Below are positions 26,080 to 36,955 of a DNA stretch of 64,000 bases, piece by piece (the first letter of the stretch is position 1; each line of letters starts with the position of its first letter). Position numbers and translations under genes: made by a program. The DNA is taken from NCBI GenBank assembly GCA_951406725.2, contig OX597820.1, positions 90,706,001-90,770,000 on the forward strand. Direction: 5' to 3'. Under the pieces are notes generated by a model. The model worked only from the letters and a program-made list of their open reading frames with translations. It ran no database searches and had not been told where the DNA came from. Source of the DNA: Octopus vulgaris (lineage: Eukaryota).

Positions 26080-27780
26080 TTTAAAATTTAATTGGATTTT
26101 ACAGCTTTGTGTGTAATGAAATAGATCTTCCACAACGTAGTTGCTTGCTTCACCTCATAGTCTCAGATAGCTACATCTCCAATATAGATAATCCATTTAA
26201 TAAGGCGAACAACCAATTTATATTTCTATCAATAAACTGTAACAGTTTTAACCATCATTTAAACATTTTTCTTCTCATTTGCAGGCCATTCATCATAATT
26301 CTCTTATTCTCTTAATCTCTTCTTTCTCTCCTGCATTTCTCTCTCTTTACCACAGCCAGCAAGCACCCATCGAATATAGTTACTTCAACGAACTCCTGCT
26401 AAATAATTAACCCTTCCATTCATTATCCAATTCTATTTTTTACTACTTTCGCAGCCTTATTTCCGTTTGCCATTTTCGCCCAAACACATTTCGCCCATAA
26501 TTAAGACTAAACATCCTACTTTACTAATCACAATTAACTATCGCATTCACTTCGTTTTGAAAAGGCCTCATTAGCGTAGGAATTCAACTATTTCTTCTGC
26601 AAACTAATAAATCTAACATCTAGTACTCCACTTACAGTTTGCCCCTTGTCTTATATTTTGAGCAGAGATCTCTAATTATATTCCATACTAGCTTGACATA
26701 ATATTTAATAAGGAACGTAAACTAGTTTACACAGGAATATTATATCTATTACGCTAGAATACACTAATACTTCGATTTCCTTGCTTACATCCTGTATTTC
26801 ATAAATTGATTTAGTTCACTGAAATGTATTTTGTATTGTGTCCGGTATGTGCTAGAATCCCACTGTGGCAATATTCTATACGTGCATACATGTCAACGTG
26901 TTATTCCTCCAAGGTAGAGTCTCACATTTGTAAGAGAATGAATTAAACATTGGCTTCAAAGGGGTTATCATCGTTGCTCTGCCTCTTATACACATATATG
27001 TATGTGTTCGCGCACATGCATCCACACACACAAGCAAACACACACACACACAGGCACACACACAAGCGCGCGCGCGCACACACACACGATCACACATTTA
27101 TATTGATATGTACACTAATTCGAAAATTAATTTAAAGATGTTGAGATTATTAAAGAAAGACGTCGTTAAGGTGTGTGTAAGTATGAATGTGACAAGATAA
27201 ATTATTTGAAAATATTTGGCCGTACATCTTCAATTCATAGCAATAGCTAACCTTACTTTTGTAGAAATGTAACCTTTGAACTGGAATAATTGCCCATCCC
27301 AAAAGTTTCACCTCTCTCTAACAATATCAATTAGCTCCTGTCGTTCGAACCAGTACAAAGTTCATTCCCAGTAATTTATCCGTTCTCTAATAGTTTCAAT
27401 TAAATCCATTGATTGTAAATATGAGCTGAGGTTAAGGATTGCCCCAAACCATTCATACATATACACACCTAACAATAAATTTCCATTACAATCTCTATAG
27501 CTTTAAATTACTTATCAAAGGCGGTAATTATCCCACTCCCATACACCCTTCGAAGGTCAATTCTCTGCAAGCAACATTTCTTACTGCACAATCGTAAACA
27601 GTCCATGCTAAAATGGAACTCTGGGTAAACTCTCAGATTTTAATATAATTAACAGATCTGTTCACTTTAACCAGCATGTTGATTTATACATACATGCACA
27701 CATACATACATGTATATATGTGTATGTATATATGTATATGCATGTATATATGTATAGGCATTGTATGTATATATATATAT

Positions 27781-27966
27781 ACTCTTTTACTCTTTTACTT
27801 GTTTCGGTCATTTGACTGCGGCCATGCTGGATCACCGCCTTTAGTCGAGCAAATCGACCCCGGGACTTATTCATCGGTCTCTTTTGCCGAACCGCTAAGT
27901 GACGGGGACGTAAACACACCAGCATCGGTTGTCAAGCAATGCTAGGGGACAAACACAGACACACAA

Positions 27967-28057
<91 letters not shown>

Positions 28058-28215
28058 CAGGCTTCTTTCAGTTTCCGTCTACCAAATCCACTCACAAGGC
28101 ATTGGTCGGCCCGGAGCTATAGCAGAAGACACTTGCCCAAGGTGCCACGCAGTGGGACTGAACCCGGAACCATGTGGTTGGTTAGCAAGCTACTTACCAC
28201 ACAGCCACTCCTGCG

Positions 28216-28217
<2 letters not shown>
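27781..28217 (-). mobile_element. CORE-type SINE, young copy with internal (TA)n/(CA)n
   Basis: Near-identical to 50797-51195 in reverse, with a ~30-bp deletion in the 3' half; (aaaagagt)n tail. Confidence 0.9.
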
Positions 28218-28257
<40 letters not shown>

Positions 28258-28529
28258 CTTTATGTATATGTATACACACACACTTACGTATACACACACA
28301 CTTATGTATACATACATGTATATATACATGTATGTATACATACATGTATACATATATACATATATATATATATACATATATACATATATACATATATACA
28401 TATATACATGTATGTATACATACATGTATACATACACTTATGTATACACACACACTTATGTATACATACATATGTCCTGGAATAAATATAGAGAATACCC
28501 CTGTTATTCAGTGCATAAACGAATATCAG

Positions 28530-28925
28530 TACAGGGGATACTGGTGGAACATTCCCATCTAAACATCTGTCATGTGTAAATATAAGAGGCTGGTCACAGT
28601 TGTTTGGGGCGTACAACTGAAAGCTGCACTTTCATAGAGGTCAGTTATCCTACTGTTGTGAATACCTTCTTGAATATCAAAGAGAAAGAAGATAACTATG
28701 GACAACTGCTTCTAAACCTCCAGCTTTTATATCCGTATTAGAAATTTACATTTATACCTTATTATTTATACATAATAATTAATGCACTTGCTTTTGTAAG
28801 TAAATGTCTAACTGTTAGTCTGGATAAGCTTGGATTTTCAGAAAAATGAAATCAACCAACTGACTCTCAATTTACAAATACAATCTCTAAGCGGAACAGT
28901 AAAACTATGCAAGACATTTCTCATT
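28530..28925 (+). mobile_element. Non-LTR retrotransposon 3' end with restriction-enzyme-like endonuclease (R4/Dong-like)
   Basis: YWWNIPI..CKYKRL.TVVW...IEVSYP..VN...KEKEDNYGQLL.NLQLLYP..FTFIP...LDKLGF...LQIQSLSGTVKLCKTFL. Confidence 0.65.
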
Positions 28926-29363
28926 GTATTCGTTATCTACATTCCAAAGATGGAATTTTGTATCTTTCTAAGGAACAAGCTCCTGGTATCAATTTTGAGC
29001 ACGAATTCAAATATATAAGTAGATTTCTTAAGGTATTAACAAGCTGTACTTATGTAAGAGAATCTACTTATTAATCCCTGATGAGCATCTTAATCTCTGC
29101 ATTTATGTTTCAGTTATAAATTCCATGCTCTAAAGTGATACCACTTGCCTTGTCTGTTCAGTCGTTCTTTCTGATATATATCTTCTCGCTCGATGATGAA
29201 TCACTCATAGCCATCCATTGTTGGGCACCTGCAACACCACTTTTGTTTTAGTCGCAGTTCAAGTCAATGTTTATCGTGCTAAACTAGCTTGAACACTTCT
29301 GTTGCATATCTATTACATTGCATTATTACACACAGTTTATCTTTACACTATATATATATATAT

Positions 29364-29635
29364 AACAGATGGCGACACTGAACGAACTGGTGTTTTCACA
29401 CCTTTTTACCATAGGAGAAATTTTTTTCTCCTCGGTAACTGCAGTGTATTTGCCTTTAGCAGTGGAAACATGTGATAAACATATTTCAACTAACCTAAAT
29501 TATGCTCATACCTAAACACTGCTCTGTTATTTATCTCGATCGGGAGATCTACTAGCGCAAATCAGCCAACGTTTTGACTGAATTGTATATAAAGTTACAA
29601 GCTTTATTTAGTTCGTTCAGAGTTGTACCTCTTAG
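29364..29635. mobile_element. MITE-like element with subterminal inverted repeats (partial second copy at 31728-31829)
   Basis: ctgaacgaact near 29378 and its complement agttcgttcag at 29610-29620. The first ~140 bp recur in direct orientation, with an internal deletion, at 31728. Confidence 0.55.
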
Positions 29636-30089
29636 CTAAATCTCCTACTGGCTACTGCTTGTTTGTGAGTTCTGTCATTATGTTTTTTGTGTTGTTATTT
29701 TATGCGCTATTTGTTGTACCTGCTGAAATTCGAATTTTTGATAATTTGTGAACTGTTATTTTCGCCCTGCGGGACTGCAAATTGTGAAATTTTTGAGATT
29801 GTTGGAAACAACTGCTATTGGACTTTTTGTAATTTGAACTCTTAACCTTTGCAGGGTAAAAAAAAATTGTATTATTTTTGTCAATAATTTTGGCAAAAGT
29901 TAATTTTTGTCGAGTTGTATATTCCTTTTTAAAGAATTTATTTCTCTGTAAAATTACATTATGGAATTCAATGTAATGTCTAAGGAGGATTTCCCAGAAA
30001 TGGAAAAAGTACCAAACAAAGTAACTGATAATGTAAAACAAGTGTTTAAGGAAAAAAGCCATTTTTCCGGCAGCCGTAGGCGGTAATAT

Positions 30090-31550
30090 GATAGCGCTAG
30101 TGGTGACGATGGCTGAATTGTTTAAGTATAGAAATCTCGTAAGAAAGAACGGAAATGATACGAAGTTGCTCCCACCGCAGGAAATTCTTCAAATTATAGC
30201 TGCGAGAACGGTGGTATATAAAACAGAATTGTAACTTGTAAAAGTGAAATAATTGAAAGGTGTCTGGCACCTATATGGAATAAAATTGTATACGTTGTAC
30301 ATGAATGCCACGGTAGCAGCACAGTTTGATAACGAGAACACGGCTAAGGAGTTATCAACAAGAACATTAAAAAATGAGGAAATAATTTTACTACCAACGT
30401 ATTTTGGTAAAAGAACGGAAAAATCACCGTAGAAGAAATACCAGCAGGATACGACATGATTTGGATAGCAGCAGCCATAACTTATGGCAAGGAGGGGAAA
30501 ATGTCTATTTTACAGATGATGAAGAAAGAGGCCGAAAATTGGAAGGGGCAGACCCTTGAGGTCGTGGTTCAAACCACCCCAGAAGTACTAGAAGGGCTGC
30601 CCGATAAGATATTTATAGGGAAGGTGCTAAGTGTGAGAGTTGCAGCAGAGAGTTGCTTTAAGTGCAACGAAAAAGGCCACGTCCGCTCTGAATGCAAGCA
30701 AAAAAAAAAAAAAAGAGTGAAGCCTCTCCCCAAAAAGAACCTCTAGCGATAGGAGAAAAGGAGAAACAAGAACTGAATAAACAAGAAAAGACACAAGAAA
30801 GAATATGAGAAAAAACTCAAGGAAACACAAGAAGAAACAAAAGAAAAACACAAGATACGATTCACAACACAGAGGAAGAAATGGAATTTACCGTGGTTAA
30901 ATCCCAAAAGAGAAAAATGGTCCAAGCACCGGACTTCCCTCCCCGTACAAAGAAAATAAATAAGCCAATTACAGACACACACAAAAAATCTCCCCTCGCC
31001 GTCCCCTTGTTAAAACTCATTACCAAACCCCACCCCAAGGTGCAAGGAAAATGTGTGTCCTTTAATGAAAAAAATGAGGTACTATCAAAAGTGATTAGAG
31101 CTCGGATATATAAAGACAATAAGAACATGCTGCCTCACATTCCAATTGCTAGGATGGAGATGGGATTATTCAGTGAACTAAAAGGAAGGTATCGTGATGA
31201 CTTAAAAGATGTAAGTCAAGAGATGACCGGTAGAACATTTATGGTCGGTCCAGTGGCTACACCACAAAAGAAAAAGTATGGGGAGGAAGCTGAATTCTTG
31301 CAGCCCCTCCCCAAAATTAACATGTAAGTATACGTCACTATGGAGAATAAACTAGGGTGTGTAAATGCGCGTGGCCTGCGGTCAAAATGGTAACAAACGT
31401 GTCTCCTGGACGACCTTAGGTCACTAAATATAGATGGTTGTGTTGTTCGGAAAAAATGGAAGGATGTGGCAAGGACGTTGGTTATGAATGACTGCTTAAT
31501 CTCATCCATGGTAGAAAAGTATGGTGTAGCCGTTGGACTTCATGGCCAAG
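30090..31550 (+). mobile_element. 5' part of a Tx1/L1-like LINE: gag-like ORF1 with CCHC knuckle plus start of APE-domain ORF2
   Basis: CFKCNEKGHVRSEC (C-x2-C-x4-H-x4-C, 30654-30695) and a K/E-rich linker; ORF1 ends at 31327. ATG 31340 gives MENKLGCVNARGLRSKW*QTCLLDDLRSLNIDGCVV...GVAV (AP-endonuclease N-terminus). Confidence 0.75.
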
Positions 31551-31846
31551 GGTAAACTAGTAAAACTTGTAAATGTTTAAAATATGACATTCATTATCGT
31601 ATTTTTAAAACCACTGTAAAAAGAACTCATAAACGCACTATGTGTTTGTAACCTCCAAGAATCATCTCTTAGGTACATCTCATTGACAAAAGTCAAAATA
31701 CTCGAAATATCGATGTCTGAGATTCCAAACAGATGGCGGCACTGAACGAACTGGTGTTTTCACGCTTTTTACCATAAGTGAGATATAGCAGTTAACATGT
31801 GTGACAAGCATATTTCAACTAACCGAAATATATATGTATATATATG

Positions 31847-32075
31847 TTTCTTTACTACCCACAAGGGGCTAAACAAAGAGGGGACAAACAAGGATAGACA
31901 AACGGATTAAGTCGATCAAATCGACCCCAGTGCGTAACTGGTACTTAATTTATCGATCCCGAAAGGATGAAAGGCAAAGTCGACCTCGGCGGAATTTGAA
32001 CTCAGAACGTAACGGCAGACGAAATACCGCTAAGCATTTCGCCCGGCGTGCTAACGTTTCTGCCAGTTCGCCGCC
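31847..32075 (-). mobile_element. Nin/Deu-like tRNA-derived SINE, full length
   Basis: Minus strand ggcggcgaactggcagaaacgttag...gagttcaaattcc...gtcgactttgcctttcatcctttcgg...ccccttgtgggtagtaaagaaa. Confidence 0.9.
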
Positions 32076-32084
32076 TTATTATAC

Positions 32085-32130
<46 letters not shown>

Positions 32131-33065
32131 ATATATATATATATACACATACATACATACATACATACATACATACATACATACATACATGATGCATACA
32201 TCGTAAACAGCAAGAATGATTCCGATACCAAGTGATGTTGTTAAATATGTGCATGTATGGCTATGTGTGCGTATGTGCGTGCGCGAGGCGTGCGTATGTG
32301 CGTGAGCGATGCGTGCGTATGTGTGTGTGTGTGTGTGTGTGTGTGTAATGCATGCATGTTTTTCACAGATATGTAATGACGGAAGATATAAACATAAAAA
32401 GGTCAGTAAATAACCTTCAAAGTACCTTGCAGTATAATTTTATGATTATAATTATATTATCAAATGTACTGATTTTTGTTTTCATTGTCTCGGCCGCCGT
32501 CGCCATTGTCGTCGTCATCTCCACTAATATAATCTAGAATCTACTGAATACCTGCCTGGTGCAACTCTTCAGGCGCATAGATGAAGATGAATTGGGATCT
32601 TATAGCATTCATGCTTTTCCGAATATCATTAATGATACAAATAGACCATTACATTAACCTTGTAAGAATTGTAAGCATAATTACATATAATATTTTCTTT
32701 CGGATAACGAGCTTTAAAAATCTAATGAGATCGATGACAGTAGTTAAAATACATGATGGTTAATGTCTACTATAGACATCAGACATCATAATCATTTTTG
32801 AAATTATAGGAATATATAAATATTCTGTGATTTAATATTGACTATCATTTAATGTTGACTATCATTTTAGCATAATTTGTTTAATGAAGTCTGATAGACA
32901 ATGTGTTAAAAACCTTTATGCAAGCTGGTGACTAGTACACCACATCAACAATTCCACAATAATTTCATTATAAAGAGTTGTCTTCGCCGAGAATTTAAAA
33001 ATAAAATGGACATTTCAACTCAGTAATATAATCGTTGGCAATACTAGTTATCTTTGTATATAAAA

Positions 33066-33109
<44 letters not shown>

Positions 33110-33113
33110 TATG

Positions 33114-33443
33114 TAACAATGGATGGATTGTGATTCACTACAGCTGTTTCAGACGTGCTTGTTTTTTTTTTTATTGGTGAACAGAAATGGTACATGAGGG
33201 AAAAAATATATCATTTCATCAGGTGAATACAGGTAAAGATTAACAATTAGAACTCACCAATACTGATTCTGGGTGGGCCTAGTCATTTGATAATATGTAC
33301 TTGCTCTTGAAAAGTCCTAATTGTTAATTCTTAATTATATTCACCTGATGAAAACAGTTTTTTGCATGGTATAACACTTCAGTTCCTCAATAAATCATTT
33401 TTTTAAAATGAAACAGCTGCAGTGAACCACATTCCATCTGTTA
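33114..33443. mobile_element. ~330-bp palindromic fold-back element (MITE-like)
   Basis: Complementary arm blocks: gatggattgtgattcactacagctgtttca / tgaaacagctgcagtgaaccacattccatc, tttcatcaggtgaata / tattcacctgatgaaa, and attaacaattag / ctaattgttaat. Ends taaca...tgtta. Confidence 0.75.
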
Positions 33444-33780
33444 TTATCGTTCATCCTTCACCTTACTTGGAACCTGCAATTCATTTGGATCTAGAGTCTA
33501 TAGACGGCGGTGGAATAGGTGCAGTGAGAGAATCCACCTGTGATATTGATGACTCGCTGTGTATTCAGTCAGTCACTTGTCAATGTTTGCATAACTGGAG
33601 AATAAGTCGTTATACATTGTTTGCACACGATACTGTGTTCACAGACCCTGACCTTCGTGTTTTCATTGACAACAAATGAATGAATGAGACCACGATATTA
33701 TGTAAAATAGAGAAATTAATCTATAAATATATGTGACAATTAGCTCGTTGTCATAATAAAACGAAGATAGCGTTTTATTT

Positions 33781-33843
33781 TAGTAACTGATGAAATGCTG
33801 GAGCAAATTTCAATCCCGGTATCCGAAACTCTGAGTTTTATTA
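33781..33843 (+). ncRNA. Type I hammerhead motif (PLE terminal-repeat family shared with 1212 and 9156)
   Basis: TAGTAA-CTGATGA-a-ATGCTGG-loop-CCGGTAT-cc-GAAA-CTC-t-GAG-TT^TTATTA; stem I 6 bp, stem II 7 bp, near-palindromic stem III. Confidence 0.65.
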
Positions 33844-33878
33844 TGACAACCAACTAATGTTACATGTATGTATGTATG

Positions 33879-33928
<50 letters not shown>

Positions 33929-34109
33929 TATATCGCCATTAGGAATAGGAAGCCTGACGTAGCGAATGCCTGCTTGACTCCAGTTGTAACCTAAAATCCA
34001 CCTTGTCTTGTCCCTGTCATCCATCCATTACTGTACCCTGGAAGTCGTTGTATGTAGGTCAACATTCCTAGGCTTGCTCTTAAAGGTTTCACATTTTGCA
34101 TTTCTTGTC

Positions 34110-35705
34110 TTGTAGAATCTAGACTTCTCTTTTCTGAATGCCTGATCTACTCCTCTCTGTATTCTCTCAATACTGACTCATCACATCACTTTGCTTATTA
34201 CAAAGAGTAATGTTATTTCTCTCCATTTCTGGCATCACTCCAAACCACCTTTCTTTGGTAATTTGATGTTACTCCCTTTTTTTCGACTTGCCTAGTGTTC
34301 TTGCAATGTGTCATGATTTTTTGTACAATTTCGTCAATACATGTGCTGCCAAATCCTTGTCCCCCTTGAGCTATTCGGTTGGCATTTCGTCACCCTATGT
34401 TTTGCTGTTCTGAGTTTCTTTAAGTCCCTGGTGTACATCCATCTCTGAAACCTCTCCACTATTAATGTCTCTATTTTCTCGGATCTAGTCTCTTCATCAG
34501 TTATCGAGTATTGTGTGGTTCCTCCCTTGCTAGCACTGATTCGTAGTGTTCTATCCATCTATCAAGATGCGCAGCCTTATCCTTGATTATGTTCCCGTTT
34601 CTGTCTTCGATGGCCGCCATCTTCTTCCACTTTTTCTTCGTTCACATTCTGACAGCTCGGTAGATTTTCATTTTGCCTTTTTCTGCTGAATTTTCAGCTT
34701 CCTTTTAATTTCCTCTATTCATTTCCGCTTGTCTTCTCTCGACAAGCGCTTTCCTTCTCTGCCCTTCAGCATGTAGACGAACATTGATGCGCTCTGAGTG
34801 CGTGCTATGAATGGTGTTAATCTTATTTCTCTGCTCTATCGCTTTCCACATTTCTTCGTTTTAGATATTTTTTTCGAAGAATAAGAGAAAGGCATAGGAA
34901 TAGCATCAGATGAAACCTCGGGATCTCGATTTTGCTCCAAGATCTCGATTTTGCAGTTGACGTAGCGTTGCAATCATTCACTTACGAACACATCCATGGC
35001 AACTTGCAAAACCAGGCAGAGAACACCAACAGAATTGGCCTAAAACGCATCCCAGAAAAATGTAAGCACAAAGAAATAATATCACACGACAAGCGCGTGC
35101 GAGTATTGGCGAGGACGAAGCGGAAGACGTCCATGAATTTGTTTACCTCAGGATGACTGTGAAGAAAGAGAGAGGAGGAACGGATGATGTACAGAATAGA
35201 ATATTCAAAGCACGGAGAGCATTCTACATTCTAACAAAGATATGGAGAAGCCAAGGTAAAGGCTGCAGAAGAAGCCGAAACTGTTCAAGACATTGGTCCA
35301 TTGGTCCACCCAGTATAACTCTGTGGATGTGAAAACTGGAAAATGACAAAAATGGAAGAAAAGAAATACTTAAGGTGAATACTCAACATCAAATGGAAGC
35401 AAAGAGTCCGGAATGACACAACTTAGACGACAAGGGTCGGCTAGAGAATCAGTGACTAAATAAGACACAGACGCTGGGACTAGATTGGACATGTCCTCAA
35501 GCAAGGTGGAGAAAGAACTTGTATGGTGGCACTAGAGTGACAGACTGTGGGTAGCAGAGCTAGCTAAAATCACATAGCGAAGGGCCGTTGACAAGGAGAC
35601 GGCAGGTTCAGAGAATCTGGAATGGGTGTAGAACAGAGAGAGAAAACAGAGCTGCTAGGGAGAAAATGTCGCGGGCTTATGTGCCTCATGGCACTGAGAC
35701 AATTA
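34110..35705. mobile_element. RTE-clade LINE with 5' inversion
   Basis: Minus segment 34110-34875: AAHVLTKLY...KLPKKG.L..CQKWREITLL..ISKV...IERIQRGVDQAFRKE. Plus segment 34880-35705: LQDLDFAVDVAL (FADD motif)...EFVYL...IGHVLK...GLCASWH. Confidence 0.85.
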
Positions 35706-35706
35706 A

Positions 35707-35771
<65 letters not shown>

Positions 35772-35879
35772 TGTGTGTGCGCGTGCATGCGTGAGTACGT
35801 GCGTGTGCGTGTGTGCATGCATATATACGTATACATACATACATATATATATTTATATACATATATATATTTATATACA

Positions 35880-35913
<34 letters not shown>

Positions 35914-35914
<1 letters not shown>

Positions 35915-36183
35915 CGTGATCACGTAACCGACCAGACAGTGAGAAGTTGTAGTACATTGCTGGTCACAATGCGCTTACATCGTATTTACCTCCGAACCAA
36001 GTCAACTCTGCTGGCTATGAGAGCAGATCAACATCCTCCCCCACCTGATCAATTGCGGAACGGCAGCAATGTGAAATGAACTGTGTTCCTCAAGAACACT
36101 ACGCGCGGCCCGGTCTGGGAATCAAACCCACGATCTAGCGATCGAGAGTGCTGCACTCTAGCCACTATGCCACGTGCCTTCAC
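35914..36183 (-). mobile_element. tRNA-derived SINE (family of 4748)
   Basis: Minus strand gtgaaggcacgtggcatagtggctagagtg...ggtttgattcccagaccgggc...gtgttcttgag; A and B boxes recognisable. Confidence 0.8.
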
Positions 36184-36668
36184 AACGCTCGCGCGCACCA
36201 ACACACTTACATACTGCATTTATATATATATATACACACACGCACAAGCCTGCATTATATATATGCACGAGTGAATGCGTATTACCATGATGAGATATTA
36301 ATTCAGGATGATTGTTCTTCTCTGTTCTTTATGCCAATGGCCAGTCTGTATCGTTTCATATTAGGTCATATTTATATTTTACCCACAGTGTGCAATTAAT
36401 AATTGTACAAATTTCAAACGCAATTAATTAGGCCTGGAACAAGCATATTTATTGCAAACAATTTGCAGATATGAATAAAATGTGCTTTACCCTTATGAGA
36501 CACTCTGAATACGTAAATGTGTATCTACGTACGCGTGCGACCATATGTGGATACATGTATGTATATCTGCCTGTCAGTCTGTATGTATGTATGTATGTAT
36601 GTATGTATGTATGTATGTATGTATATAAGCATGTATGTATGTTTGTGTGTATGTATGTATGCATGTGT

Positions 36669-36955
36669 GGAGGCGCAATGTCCCAGTGGTTAGGGCAGCG
36701 GATTCGCGGTTTCGATTCCCAGACCGGGCGTTGTGCGTGTTTATTGAGCGAAAACACCTAAAAAACTCCATGAGGCTCCGGCAGGGTGTGGTGGCGACCC
36801 CTGTTGTTCTCTTTCGTCTCAACTTTCTCTCATTCTCTCTTCCTGTTTCTTGAGTAATGCTGCGATGAACTGGCGTCCCGTCCAGCTGGGAGGAACCCAT
36901 ACGCCACAGAAACCGGGAAACCGGGCCCATGAGCCTGGCTAGGATTGAAAGGGAC
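36669..36955 (+). mobile_element. tRNA-derived SINE with alternative 3' domain
   Basis: ggaggcgcaatgtcccagtggttagg...gtttcgattcccagaccgggc head shared with 60298/61421, but the tail gcgatgaactggcgtcccgtccag...gaaaccgg differs. Confidence 0.8.
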
